From NCBI GenBank assembly GCA_937625935.1, contig OW569348.1:496001-560000 (forward strand): a stretch of DNA of 64,000 nt, given 5' to 3'. The notes beneath the pieces were generated by a model. That model saw only the letters and a program-made list of their open reading frames with translations, did no database searches and was not told the origin of the DNA. This document shows, piece after piece, positions 22,210 through 34,248 of this stretch. The stretch is from Tetramitus jugosus. Lineage: Eukaryota > Protista > Heterolobosea. The position numbers and the translations under genes were made by a program. Numbering within the stretch: position 1 is the first letter of the stretch; each line of letters begins with the position of its first letter.

Positions 22210-24402
22210 ATGACAACCAAGAGATCAACAACAACACCAAAGAAACAACAGCAAAAAGGACAAAAAGTACTCATTACCTCCTTCTTCACAAAGTCCAACA
22301 AAGCCACACCACAACCCGCAGAAGACAGCAACAACAAGAATAGTTCGACAGATACCACCACTACCACCACTACACCAACAACTCCCTCAAGCCATCATGT
22401 TGCATCATCAAGTAGTGACATTCCTGTGAGTGAGAGAAACAAGAATGAATCGAATACTAATGATGATGACAATGATGTGAATAATGATGTGAATGATGAC
22501 GATGATGATTTTTTGGACTATGATCTCCTGTCTGGTTCCAAAAAGAAACAGGAGAAGAATCAATCACCACAATTGTCCGACAACAATGGATCATCATCAT
22601 CAACTACTACTACAACTGCATATACTACTACCTCAATGTCCCCCTACTATTATTATTTGAATGAAAAGATAGATACTGATCTCATACGTAAAATGAAGGA
22701 AATGGGTGAGAAGAGAGCACAATGGGATCGAAACATTAAGCAAGACATGGAATCAGATGCCAAGATTGCAAAAACAATGAAGGAGCTCGATGATCTCAAG
22801 AATATCACTACCATTTCCTATGAAGATGTTCAGAGATCATATATTCTCAATGATGACTCTGTTGCAATCACTCATGATGATAAGAATGATGATGATGATG
22901 ATTCCGATGAGGATAATGATGATGACAGACACAATGAAGATGGTCAAAATCGTTCAAAGAAACGAAAACGAGTCTATTCAGGAAATGAAGGCAACGATAA
23001 ACGCGATGGCATCAAAATTATTAGACAAATGGCCAAGAATCTAGGTGTACAGGGTATTCAATCATTGGGAAATCAAATGTACACGAAACAGGAGCTTCGG
23101 AGAATGAGAGAGACATGGATCTTTATTGTTGATCAGAGGACTTTTATTTTGCGTTTTGGCCTCTTTGATTCGAAGAGTAAGGCGAGTATTCCATTGGACA
23201 ATTCGTCCTCGTCCTCCTCTGCTGAAACGAACAGGATGATACAAATGCTGTACGATAGACAACGTCAAAGATTTTTGGCCTATTCCAACAAGACACAGTT
23301 GGTATCGTTGCCTGATAAGTGGAGTTCACTCATGAGTAAGTATGGAATTGAACTTTGTGCAGAGACGTTTGTACAAAATCAAAGCGCTCGAAAAGCTCAA
23401 GATGGTTCATTGCCAAACAGTCTGTCGAATTCAGAGCAGCTTCTTCTCGAAATAGACAATTCAATTGCCGAAATTATTGTTGATCTTGATAATACTTCTG
23501 ACGACATATCGGACCCATTATTGTCCAATCTGTTTCTATTGGTTTGGCGTCGGCGATTGCACATGATGGAGCGAAGCTCGAACAAGGGAGTGTTTGATCT
23601 GATTCGAGCAATCATTTCATACATTGATCGAATGAGAATCGAAAAAAACAAAAAACACGATACATGGTGTCACATACTGGATCAAGTCAAATCCTTTTAT
23701 TTTGAATCAACCATTCTATCGAACATCATGAAGAATAGTAGTGAATTGACATCTTTCTGCTCAATTATTCAAGCTCTGCTCGAAGAAACCTTTTTCACAG
23801 ATTTCAAGCAGCTAAAAGTGTTTACCATGACACTCTCGTTCGATATTGTTTCTCGATTGCTGCTGAGTGCTGAACGTCGCTCTTTGCTCGATGAATACAT
23901 CAAACTGATGTTGCGCGGAGTGGACCCGAACACTCAGTTTGAACTATCGATCCCTGAAAGCGAACTGTGCGTGAAGGTAAATCAATTTCTATTCCAAGAG
24001 TTGCTCCACATTCTGCGATATGTGTTCCTGGACAAGAGAAGCGAGAGGAAGTATCCTTTGATAGATGGTGAAGTGGATGAGAGTTATTTAGAGTTTAAGA
24101 AGCGAAATATTGCATTACTGGTTCATTTATGCAGGTTTTCGGGCAACTATTTGACACTTTTGCTCTTGGAACAGCATACGGGTATAGCCAAAGTTGTATT
24201 CAGGGACACAACCGCTATATCGGAACTTGTTGATACGACCCATAGTTTCCTCTCTCGTTTGTCTCAAGATATTCAACTCCAGGAGTTGACTGCGCACACC
24301 TCTTGCTTATCGCTTCTCGTGAGGCGTTATCAAACAATTCATACTTTCAATCGATCAGAGCAGTTCACCCTCGATAGTTGGTGTTTGAAGAATCAAGTAT
24401 AA
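22210..24402 (+). CDS. Hypothetical nuclear protein (PIP-like motif, NLS, helical C-terminus)
   Basis: 730 aa ORF with QKVLITSFF near the N-terminus, KKRKR, acidic tracts. Confidence 0.7.
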   Translation: MTTKRSTTTPKKQQQKGQKVLITSFFTKSNKATPQPAEDSNNKNSSTDTTTTTTTPTTPSSHHVASSSSDIPVSERNKNESNTNDDDNDVNNDVNDDDDDFLDYDLLSGSKKKQEKNQSPQLSDNNGSSSSTTTTTAYTTTSMSPYYYYLNEKIDTDLIRKMKEMGEKRAQWDRNIKQDMESDAKIAKTMKELDDLKNITTISYEDVQRSYILNDDSVAITHDDKNDDDDDSDEDNDDDRHNEDGQNRSKKRKRVYSGNEGNDKRDGIKIIRQMAKNLGVQGIQSLGNQMYTKQELRRMRETWIFIVDQRTFILRFGLFDSKSKASIPLDNSSSSSSAETNRMIQMLYDRQRQRFLAYSNKTQLVSLPDKWSSLMSKYGIELCAETFVQNQSARKAQDGSLPNSLSNSEQLLLEIDNSIAEIIVDLDNTSDDISDPLLSNLFLLVWRRRLHMMERSSNKGVFDLIRAIISYIDRMRIEKNKKHDTWCHILDQVKSFYFESTILSNIMKNSSELTSFCSIIQALLEETFFTDFKQLKVFTMTLSFDIVSRLLLSAERRSLLDEYIKLMLRGVDPNTQFELSIPESELCVKVNQFLFQELLHILRYVFLDKRSERKYPLIDGEVDESYLEFKKRNIALLVHLCRFSGNYLTLLLLEQHTGIAKVVFRDTTAISELVDTTHSFLSRLSQDIQLQELTAHTSCLSLLVRRYQTIHTFNRSEQFTLDSWCLKNQV

Positions 24403-24516
24403 GTATCATTGTTACATAATAGCTATTGGAATTGCGACTCGAATAATGAAAACTTTTTTAGTAGAATGAAGAGCAAGTTTAATGACAGACTGTTTATTCT
24501 GCGAAGAATAATACAT

Positions 24517-25881
<1,365 letters not shown>

Positions 25882-26002
25882 TTATACAGAATGTTCAATA
25901 TACTTTGTAATGAAGTATTTGATAATATGTGATTAGGTTTGTTTGTTTTTTTGTTGGATATGAGATGAGGCCACGACAAAAAGCTTTTAAACCAACAGTA
26001 GC

Positions 26003-26045
26003 TGACCGTTTTTTCCATTACGACCGCAAACAAATTTTTGGCGCG
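26003..26045 (-). promoter_or_regulatory. Candidate AACGG (Myb/MSA-like) plus E2F-like module upstream of alpha-tubulin
   Basis: TGACCGTTTT (26003-26012) and TTTGGCGCG (26037-26045). The same pair occurs at 52441-52461. Confidence 0.4.
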
Positions 26046-26341
26046 TATGTTGTCAACCGGTGAACAATTTCTGGTTTACAATCATGAAGACGCAAATAGG
26101 AAAATTATTGGTGCAGAAATAATCCGAAAGATCTACAAATTTCGCGGTATCAGATCAGATCTCTTTATGGAAATTAAATTGGGATGGCTATTGGGTGTCA
26201 AACTCGTCAAAAATACACACAATAATTGCGAGCTTCAATACAATAATAGGATGGATGTCTTGTGTGAACAACACTGTTCCCCTTGGTTGTTGGATTCAAT
26301 ACAACAAATCAAATAATCAGTAGAGCTACTTTGAATTCAAC

Positions 26342-28255
26342 ATGAAACTTGAAAAAGCAATTCTATCCCCCCGAGGACACGAGCGAACACTATTCATGCT
26401 CTTGTTATTCATGTTAACGATATCGGTGTGGTCATACTTCGATACGGAGTCATCTGTGTTTGACCATCATTCTCACGATCCAAACTGTATTCATAACGAA
26501 ATTGTTAGTCGGACTGGTGGCGCTCCAATGCCACTCTACTACACAAATCACAACAGTACAATGCGCAAGTTGACCAGACATTTCAACAGAATCAAAAGAG
26601 CTCAGAAACAATGGTTCCAGTTAGTGTCACCAGAGATTGAATTTCAACCAATAAGAATTTCATTTGTGGGAATGTACAGAAACGACACTGGTAAATCATG
26701 TTACAAGGTTGGTGATAAAGTCAGAGTTGGAGGAAGTAGTTCTGACATATCTATTAGCCCCAATTTACCCTCGTGTACTTCAAGTGGCCAATCATTTGAT
26801 TGTTATGTTACTTGTGCAGAGAAGGATCTTATCACTCAAGATCGTATTCAATCACTTGAGACAGAAATACTTCCAAAGTTGAATGAATTTTTTCAATCCA
26901 GGTTACTGACAAGAAGGCTGGCAAGCAATATTGACACACCACAGAGTTGTTTGGACTTTGAGATTCCAGTAAGTTCTGTGAACGCAGAAACAACTGATTT
27001 ACTTATCGTGGTTGGAATGAGACCAGTGGTGGGAATTCTGGGTTATGCAGCACCATGTGGATTCGAGCAATTGTTCGGACGACCTGTCCTCGGAATTCTG
27101 AACATCAATCCAATATATTTGAATAATCTTGAATCAGTTCTCATCACTGCTATCCATGAATTTGTTCATGTCCTCGGGTTCAGCTCCAGTGTTTATGGCA
27201 ATTTTGTTGACTCAGAAGGTAAGCGACTCGGTTTGGACAAGATACTAAAAACTGAGACAAAACAGTTTACTGACTCCCAAGGAATCGCTACCTCCAAAGT
27301 GGTAAACAAACTCGTTACCCCTACTCTTGTCGATACAGTTCGCTCACACTTTGGGTGTTCAAGTGCAGATGGTGCTGAATTAGAAGACTATGGTGGATCG
27401 GGTTCTGCAGGCTCACACTTTGAAGCTACAGTGTTTATGAATGAGATTATGACGAGTAGTAATGCATTCGAACTGTTTACAAAGAGCCCAATCATTTCCC
27501 AATTTACACGTGCAATCTTAATCGATTCTGGTTGGTACCGTATCGATGCACAATTCCCTCAGCTTCAGTATGGCCGAGATACAGGGTGCTCAATCCTGAA
27601 CGAGCGCTGTGAGAATTGGCGCTTAGAGGATCAAGGATTAGATGGGTACTTTTGCAACCATACTTTCGATGAGGCAGGCAGAACCGTTTCTCAATGCACG
27701 TTTGATATGGGAAGTGTTGGCTTTTGTGGAATTGTTGACTATCATCAAAATCTCGGATACAACGAGCACCTGTCCAACAGCAGTCACGGAGGGCTCTCAT
27801 CCTATGATTTTTGCCCATTAGTCGCTCGTTTCTCAAATGGAGCATGTGCCCAAGGGCACGCGTGCTTTAACTCTAATCTTAATTCAAAACAACAACAAGA
27901 CAATAAGAGAGATGCAAAGTGCTACCAATACCGATGCGACGGCTCTCGTCTCTCTGTAGTGGTAGCCGGTAACACGATAATTGAATGTCCATCCGACGGG
28001 TCATTTCAAAGAGTTACTCAAGGGCTTCCAGCAGGTATCGAAGGGTACGTTGAATGTCCGAAGGGGGCATACAGACTTTTGTGCGAAGACTCTCAAGGCT
28101 CTTTGTCCTCAATTGATGCACCTGTGGCTCACTCCTCTCCGGAATCGTCGGGCAATATCCCAACAACAGAACCAAAGAATCTCTCCAACTCCTTGCGGTT
28201 CAGAGATCCTCAACTGTGGATCCTTCTCTCTTTTCTTCTCCTATTTTGTTTATGA
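26342..28255 (+). CDS. Leishmanolysin/GP63-family zinc metalloprotease (M8), probably GPI-anchored
   Basis: N-terminal hydrophobic segment, CIHNE cysteine switch, HEFVH (27155-27169), ELEDYGGSGSAGSHFE, MNEIMT Met-turn, Cys-rich C-domain, hydrophobic C-terminus. Confidence 0.92.
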   Translation: MKLEKAILSPRGHERTLFMLLLFMLTISVWSYFDTESSVFDHHSHDPNCIHNEIVSRTGGAPMPLYYTNHNSTMRKLTRHFNRIKRAQKQWFQLVSPEIEFQPIRISFVGMYRNDTGKSCYKVGDKVRVGGSSSDISISPNLPSCTSSGQSFDCYVTCAEKDLITQDRIQSLETEILPKLNEFFQSRLLTRRLASNIDTPQSCLDFEIPVSSVNAETTDLLIVVGMRPVVGILGYAAPCGFEQLFGRPVLGILNINPIYLNNLESVLITAIHEFVHVLGFSSSVYGNFVDSEGKRLGLDKILKTETKQFTDSQGIATSKVVNKLVTPTLVDTVRSHFGCSSADGAELEDYGGSGSAGSHFEATVFMNEIMTSSNAFELFTKSPIISQFTRAILIDSGWYRIDAQFPQLQYGRDTGCSILNERCENWRLEDQGLDGYFCNHTFDEAGRTVSQCTFDMGSVGFCGIVDYHQNLGYNEHLSNSSHGGLSSYDFCPLVARFSNGACAQGHACFNSNLNSKQQQDNKRDAKCYQYRCDGSRLSVVVAGNTIIECPSDGSFQRVTQGLPAGIEGYVECPKGAYRLLCEDSQGSLSSIDAPVAHSSPESSGNIPTTEPKNLSNSLRFRDPQLWILLSFLLLFCL

Positions 28256-28614
28256 TTCAAAATGATAAGCGACATGTCACTGAATATGGAATCAATTATC
28301 GCCCAGAATTTGATTTATTATTAGTACTCGTAAAAATACAACACAATATTTTACCTTTATACAACACACTCGGCACATCAACCGCAGAAAATCATTTGGA
28401 CCCTCGCAAGGTCTCAACCCTGGGCAGTAAAGAAGAAGACTTTTCCTCCATTTCTGGCACATCTAATCAATCAACACAATCACCGAAGCAACCGACCCAA
28501 CTGCCACAACTTGGAGAAAACAACAGCCTTCAAACAAATCAAGGCTCTCCGTGCATAAAAAATCAACAACCCAAACCAAAACAGACGGCGAAGAATAGTA
28601 GCTCCCCTATTTGA

Positions 28615-31600
28615 ATGACTACTACTCCTAATTATTATCATCGTTCCGGTAATCACGATACGAACATGTCACATTCCTCACCATCACCTTCGGTTGATGA
28701 TCAACAACAACAACAACAATTGACAGGCACCCACGATATCTTGCACTCTAGCTTTTGGCACAACAATAACAACGATCACAATCATAACAACAACAATAGT
28801 GGTCATCACTACAAAACAAATCAGGATGAACGAGATGGTGATCATGATTCGATCGGACAACAAACAACAAGAACAACGTCAAATAACAACAATTCTTCTC
28901 CTTCACCTTCCTCCTCCTCATCAATGTCACCACAAGATTCAGACTCTAGCACCTCCTCCAACAATAGTTCACCTCCATCATCATCCTCATCATCAGTCAA
29001 CAATGATGCGACAACGGCAGCAGCCACAGCAACAACAGAAACAACGAAACATGTCCTTATAGTCGATGATGACAGCATCTCTCGAAACGTCTTGTCCAAA
29101 ATGTTACAAAAACTCAATTATCAAGTAACGACAGCAGAAGGTGGAAGACAAGCTCTCATGCTCCTCTCTCAACAACACTCGACATTTACTTTGTTGCTTG
29201 TTGATGTTCTCATGCCCGATATTGATGGAATTGAACTTCTTCGGATATTTAAGAGGGCTCAATCCAGAGAAATACCCATTATTATGATCTCATCGAGTGA
29301 AGACCCAGAAACCATTGCACAGTGCTTCCAGAGTGGTGCCGCTGATTTTCTACAGAAGCCAATTAACTTTGAAGTGCTAAAGAATCGAGTAGAAGTGTGT
29401 GAGACGCTGCGGTTAGAGCGTGAAAATCGAAGTAAGCTCGCAGAACGAGTGAAGCAACAAGAGAGGGAACTACAGCAAATCAAGTCACAAATATCGGACA
29501 CTATTGAAACACCAATGCAAGTAGTTGTCAAGGAGTGTGCTGATCTCCTACAGGGCACTCACTCTGCTGAGCAATACAAGGGAGCTCTCATTGCTATTTT
29601 GAGGAGCTTAGGATCACGTGATTTGTACAAACCTGCCTTCTCCAACGTACTGGAGAGAGAGGGAATGGACAACAAAACGTTTCAATGGCTACAGAGTGAA
29701 TTGTTGAATGAGTCATATGCCAAGTCGGCACCATCAGTGCGTCATCGGTCCTCTCTATCGTCTGATGCACGTGCTTCATGGGATTCTTCTTCACTCCCAG
29801 GTCACGATCAAACCCAATCGGCAGATCAAACCCAGAAGCCATCTGCTGTCCCTCCACGTGAATCATCGGTCATCATCAAGAATACGATTCCTCATCTAGA
29901 ATCGTTTGCTTTCGATGTGTACGACTATCCACAGGATGAACTCATGGAGAATGTTGCTTTCATGTTTCATAATTTAGGTTTGCTTGATGAATTTAATGTA
30001 GATGTACAAAAGTTGTTCAATCTATTGCGAAAAATTAAGGAATCGTACCACGATAATCCCTACCATAATTTTTGGCATGCATTGGACGTGACTCAGTTTG
30101 TGTATGCATGCTTAAACTTGGATCGTATCGCAGCCTTTCTGAGTCCCCTGGACGTTTTTTGTCTCATAGTAGCCGCCTTGTGTCATGATTTGGATCATCC
30201 CGGCCTAAACAACACCTATCAAATCAATGCCAAGACTAAATTGGCTCTACTGTACAATGATATATCAGTTCTGGAGAATCATCATGCCTCACTATGCTTC
30301 ACTCTGTTGAACGATCCAGAGTGCAACATACTGGAGGGTTTAACAACGGATGAGCATCGAGAATTCCGAAAGAATGCCATATCGAATATTCTGGCCACGG
30401 ATATGGCACATCATTTTGAAATTATATCCAAGTTTCAAACTCGGTTACAAACTGGATCTCTATCAAAGGAGAACAAGGACGACAAGTGCCACTTGATGAA
30501 CATTGTGATTAAGTGTGCCGATGTATCAAATGCAGTTCGTCCATTCGTGACAGCCAAACGATGGGCCGAAAAAGTTGTGGAAGAGTTTGTACAACAAGGA
30601 GACAAAGAGAAGGAACTAGGTTTACAAGTTTCTCCTCTGATGGATAGAGAAAGTATGGACAAGGTTCAGTTACAGATCAATTTTATTGGTTATTTGGTAG
30701 AGCCTTTGTTCAAAGCGTTTGTTCAATATATACCTGCTGCTGGAACACTGTTGACAAACATGCAGGCAAATCGGAATCATTGGACAAGGTATTTGGAGAG
30801 ACAAAGAGAGCCCATCTCTCCAGACACTCCAGCTAACGCTGCTGCCAACCAAACGGTGGCAGTAGATGCGATCGTTGGCGACATGGAAGATGAAATTGTT
30901 GCCAAGACGAGAGGGTTCAACATTCTAGTCGTAGAGCAGCATGCACCATCAGAAGAAGCAATTAGGAATCTTCTACTCAAGAATGGTTACGAGACACAAT
31001 CGACCAAGAGTTTAGGAGAAGCACTCAAGATGATACAGAACAATTTGACTGTCTTTGATGCCATCGTGCTCGACTTTACAAATATTGAAGTGAATGAGAT
31101 TTTATCATTTGCAAAAGAAATACGAATTTTTGAACGATTGGAGAAGCATTACACTCCAATTCTTGGATTGATCAATCCTGAGTCGATGATTGACACCATC
31201 GAGGGGGTGAATATTATTCTGAAGAAACCAGTCCAAGCAAAATTCTTCATATCTCAAATTGAGAAATGCATTGACATATCAATGGATTATACTGAGCCTG
31301 TCAATGTACGGGCCGCTATTGAGCAATCTGGTGTAGATGAATCATTCGTGAGAGAATTGTTAGATTTGCTGATTGTTGACGGTAGATCGAAGATTGAGGA
31401 TCTCAGAGTGTACGCTGCAGAGCTCGACTGGGCAAACTTGAAGCTTCAAGCTCACTCCCTCAAAGGTGCAGCTGCACAATTAGCCTGTAAACCATTGGCT
31501 CAGGCTGCATTCATCGTTGAGAGGGCAGGCAAAATTCGCGAGATTGAAGGCCTGAGTAATTCTTTGGCCAGGCTGGAGCGGCGCCTTGATGAACTTCAAC

Positions 31601-31623
31601 GCTTTGTCGATACTCTTCCTTGA
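28615..31623 (+). CDS. Response-regulator cyclic-nucleotide phosphodiesterase with second receiver and HPt domain (REC-PDE-REC-HPt)
   Basis: REC1 VLIVDDD/LVDVLMPDIDG/MISS/LQKP; class I PDE YHNFWH, HDLDHPGLNN, ADVSN, EFVQQGD, QINFI; REC2 ILVVEQ/VLDF/KKPV; HPt AHSLKGAA. Confidence 0.93.
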   Translation: MTTTPNYYHRSGNHDTNMSHSSPSPSVDDQQQQQQLTGTHDILHSSFWHNNNNDHNHNNNNSGHHYKTNQDERDGDHDSIGQQTTRTTSNNNNSSPSPSSSSSMSPQDSDSSTSSNNSSPPSSSSSSVNNDATTAAATATTETTKHVLIVDDDSISRNVLSKMLQKLNYQVTTAEGGRQALMLLSQQHSTFTLLLVDVLMPDIDGIELLRIFKRAQSREIPIIMISSSEDPETIAQCFQSGAADFLQKPINFEVLKNRVEVCETLRLERENRSKLAERVKQQERELQQIKSQISDTIETPMQVVVKECADLLQGTHSAEQYKGALIAILRSLGSRDLYKPAFSNVLEREGMDNKTFQWLQSELLNESYAKSAPSVRHRSSLSSDARASWDSSSLPGHDQTQSADQTQKPSAVPPRESSVIIKNTIPHLESFAFDVYDYPQDELMENVAFMFHNLGLLDEFNVDVQKLFNLLRKIKESYHDNPYHNFWHALDVTQFVYACLNLDRIAAFLSPLDVFCLIVAALCHDLDHPGLNNTYQINAKTKLALLYNDISVLENHHASLCFTLLNDPECNILEGLTTDEHREFRKNAISNILATDMAHHFEIISKFQTRLQTGSLSKENKDDKCHLMNIVIKCADVSNAVRPFVTAKRWAEKVVEEFVQQGDKEKELGLQVSPLMDRESMDKVQLQINFIGYLVEPLFKAFVQYIPAAGTLLTNMQANRNHWTRYLERQREPISPDTPANAAANQTVAVDAIVGDMEDEIVAKTRGFNILVVEQHAPSEEAIRNLLLKNGYETQSTKSLGEALKMIQNNLTVFDAIVLDFTNIEVNEILSFAKEIRIFERLEKHYTPILGLINPESMIDTIEGVNIILKKPVQAKFFISQIEKCIDISMDYTEPVNVRAAIEQSGVDESFVRELLDLLIVDGRSKIEDLRVYAAELDWANLKLQAHSLKGAAAQLACKPLAQAAFIVERAGKIREIEGLSNSLARLERRLDELQRFVDTLP

Positions 31624-31961
31624 TCCTTTCACATGAAATTCTCTATAAATGAATTTTGTTTGCAAATTGGTGTCTGCGTGTTTGTTGTGTACCTAACGTG
31701 TTAGCATAATGCATTTGATGAGATGTGTCAGTCTCCTTCACTCTGCAAATAGACCTTGTGTCCAATCAATTTTGCAGACGTGTGAAATATTCCGACTCTG
31801 GTTCTCACGCTCTCGTGTATGAAAAATGAGCCGAAAAAAAACCAACTCAAAAAAAAAGAAATAAATACTTTCTCGCCCTTTTCCTTCTTGACTCTCCCTA
31901 AATCACCATATCTTGACACCATCCACCTCACGCACACAAAAATACAACCATCCAACCATAT

Positions 31962-34184
31962 ATGATTTCACCACAAACACAACAACAACCACAAGATATA
32001 AATGTAAACAACTGTAGTTTCACAAAAAATAGCACTAGCAACCCCTCTTTTATCCATGACATCATGAACAAACACTATCAAACAAACGATGATAATATCA
32101 TCAGCAATAGTAGTAGTATATGCACTCCTGTTGACAACAAATGTGAATGTGTCGAATGCATCCATGCACAAGCACACTCCAAAGAGAATGCTCGGCTGTC
32201 ATTTGAATTGCGCGATGCCATTCGGGAAATTATTCTGCAAGAAATTCCGAACATTGCCAGTCGTCAATGGCAGAGAGAAAGAGCAAAATTGTCCACTGTG
32301 AAAGGTAAGAGTGAGGATAATGCTAATGATCATGATAATAGCTTACCATTGGATGTGTGGAGCTATGTTCAAAAAGTGCAAGCTTTTTGGGAATGGTGGA
32401 CCAATCACAGTCAAGCATTCGGTTGTGAAATGGAACAAAATTTTTATGTGTTGGCTGCCTCGCCATCACAATTGTCCAAAACTCAGGCAAAGCTACTCAT
32501 TCAATTCCGTAGTGAACTCACGCGGATACATCCCTATCTCACTGCACAAATCTCATGCAGTCCTCCTTCACGGTTACAACAACAACAACAATCATCACAC
32601 AGTAATGAACAAACAACAACAACAACAACAAACAATAGTCATAATAGTAACAATAGTAATAATCATAATAATATGGATTCACTTTCAAGTGACCACACCA
32701 TTTCAACAGTGGCTCGATTCAATTGGAATGGCACAAGCAGGAGCAATCATGGTGGTCAACCCTCTCCTCACTATCACTGTGTCATCATCTTCAACGGATG
32801 TGGCAATCCAGAACTTCGACCCCTCCAACAGCTGCTCGTGCTTTTGGCGCCAAAAATTTCTCCGACTTTAAGGTATCAATTTTCCTATTATCCTTGTTTA
32901 CAGCCGAGCATGGAGAAGAATATGAATCATGATGTGATGTTTCGCACGGATTCCTCCGGTTCCTCCTCACCTGCAGTCTTCCAATATGAGCAAACATATT
33001 GGTTGATACGTTATCGATCACCCAAAAAGACGATTGATGTTCGGCGGTTGTTCATTGTGGGTGAGAAACCGAGTTTGCTGCACAATCGTCTTCAGAACTC
33101 TGATGGTGCTGAAGTCATGGACAGCAGCAATAGTGAAGCAAATGAACCGGCAATGATTCTGCAAATGTTGGATGAGTTGATTGGTGAGGACGCTACCGAG
33201 TGCTACATTGGAAAGATACCATCGCGTGTCAAATATGTGCCATCGACCGACGCTGTGGTTCAATATGTGGAACAAATGAGAAAGAGAGGCAGCAGCAGTT
33301 ATAGCAGCAGTTTTATTGATGGCAAGGGTGATGAGCTCGTAAATGTGCAACAGCTGTTTCAATTGATTACAGAGTTGCATGAGTGGAATCGGAGTGTGAT
33401 GACAGATTGGGTCATGGACAGACAGAGATGTGCCGATTGTTCGAGTCTGCTGCATGGAGACGAAATGTATCAGGTCAGTAAAATTCATGTGACAAAGTTG
33501 TCATCATCATCATCGTCATCATCTCCACCATCATCATCATCATCCAATTCACCTCCATCCAATCAACAAACAGGATTCATTGGCTATCATCATTTAAACA
33601 CTGGCTTGAGGCGCATCTTGTACCCGTTTCACGACATGCACTGTACTCTGGTGTTCAAGTATTGTCGCCAGGGAGCCATGTTTCAAAGATCTCTCATTGA
33701 AGATCTGCGGTTACGATTCTCAACGCCAGAGTTGATGGCTATCCATTCATGGGCCAATGTTCTCCAAGGTGGTGTATGTAATTTCTTCACGATCGATACA
33801 GTTGAGTGCATGAGTACAATCCTAAATTTTCTAGGAGAGTGCCAAAATGCAGGATGGGAGGTGCAGCTGTCCTTCACACATGATTTTTCTTGGGAAAACT
33901 TAGAAATAGGTATCTCTAAAAAAGTGCAGTCTCTCTACAAGGAGCTTCGAGAGTATCAAGGCTTGGCAGAGACAAACCGCACGAAAAAGAACCTAAAAGC
34001 TGTCCGGACAAGCAGTCAAACGAGAGCACAACCACCACAGTCTCAAGGTCCCAGTCCCAAAATCAAGCAGACAGTGATCCATAGGTGTTCCACTTGCAAG
34101 AAAACATTCTTTATAAGCAATATATGTCCTTTTTGCAGGTCGAACGAAGTGGCCTTGCCCAACAATAAATCACTCAACTGCTAG
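31962..34184 (+). CDS. DUF695-like (bacterial-type) protein with low-complexity inserts and C-terminal zinc ribbon
   Basis: AFWEWW, RIHPYL, GNPELRPL...LAPK, LDELIGEDATECYIGKI, LNTGLRR..YP, HDFSW; terminal CSTC...CPFC. Confidence 0.6.
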   Translation: MISPQTQQQPQDINVNNCSFTKNSTSNPSFIHDIMNKHYQTNDDNIISNSSSICTPVDNKCECVECIHAQAHSKENARLSFELRDAIREIILQEIPNIASRQWQRERAKLSTVKGKSEDNANDHDNSLPLDVWSYVQKVQAFWEWWTNHSQAFGCEMEQNFYVLAASPSQLSKTQAKLLIQFRSELTRIHPYLTAQISCSPPSRLQQQQQSSHSNEQTTTTTTNNSHNSNNSNNHNNMDSLSSDHTISTVARFNWNGTSRSNHGGQPSPHYHCVIIFNGCGNPELRPLQQLLVLLAPKISPTLRYQFSYYPCLQPSMEKNMNHDVMFRTDSSGSSSPAVFQYEQTYWLIRYRSPKKTIDVRRLFIVGEKPSLLHNRLQNSDGAEVMDSSNSEANEPAMILQMLDELIGEDATECYIGKIPSRVKYVPSTDAVVQYVEQMRKRGSSSYSSSFIDGKGDELVNVQQLFQLITELHEWNRSVMTDWVMDRQRCADCSSLLHGDEMYQVSKIHVTKLSSSSSSSSPPSSSSSNSPPSNQQTGFIGYHHLNTGLRRILYPFHDMHCTLVFKYCRQGAMFQRSLIEDLRLRFSTPELMAIHSWANVLQGGVCNFFTIDTVECMSTILNFLGECQNAGWEVQLSFTHDFSWENLEIGISKKVQSLYKELREYQGLAETNRTKKNLKAVRTSSQTRAQPPQSQGPSPKIKQTVIHRCSTCKKTFFISNICPFCRSNEVALPNNKSLNC
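32579..32672 (+). repeat. CAA/AAT microsatellite tract encoding poly-Q/T/N (representative of many in the window)
   Basis: (CAA)n, (ACA)n and (AAT)n runs. Similar tracts near 7100, 16015, 20170-20290, 28710-29000, 33500, 49630 and 60400. Confidence 0.8.
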
Positions 34185-34248
34185 AAATACATTGTGCCAT
34201 TTATTAGAACACAGTAATGTTACACTCGTGTGTCAATGTGACATCAGT

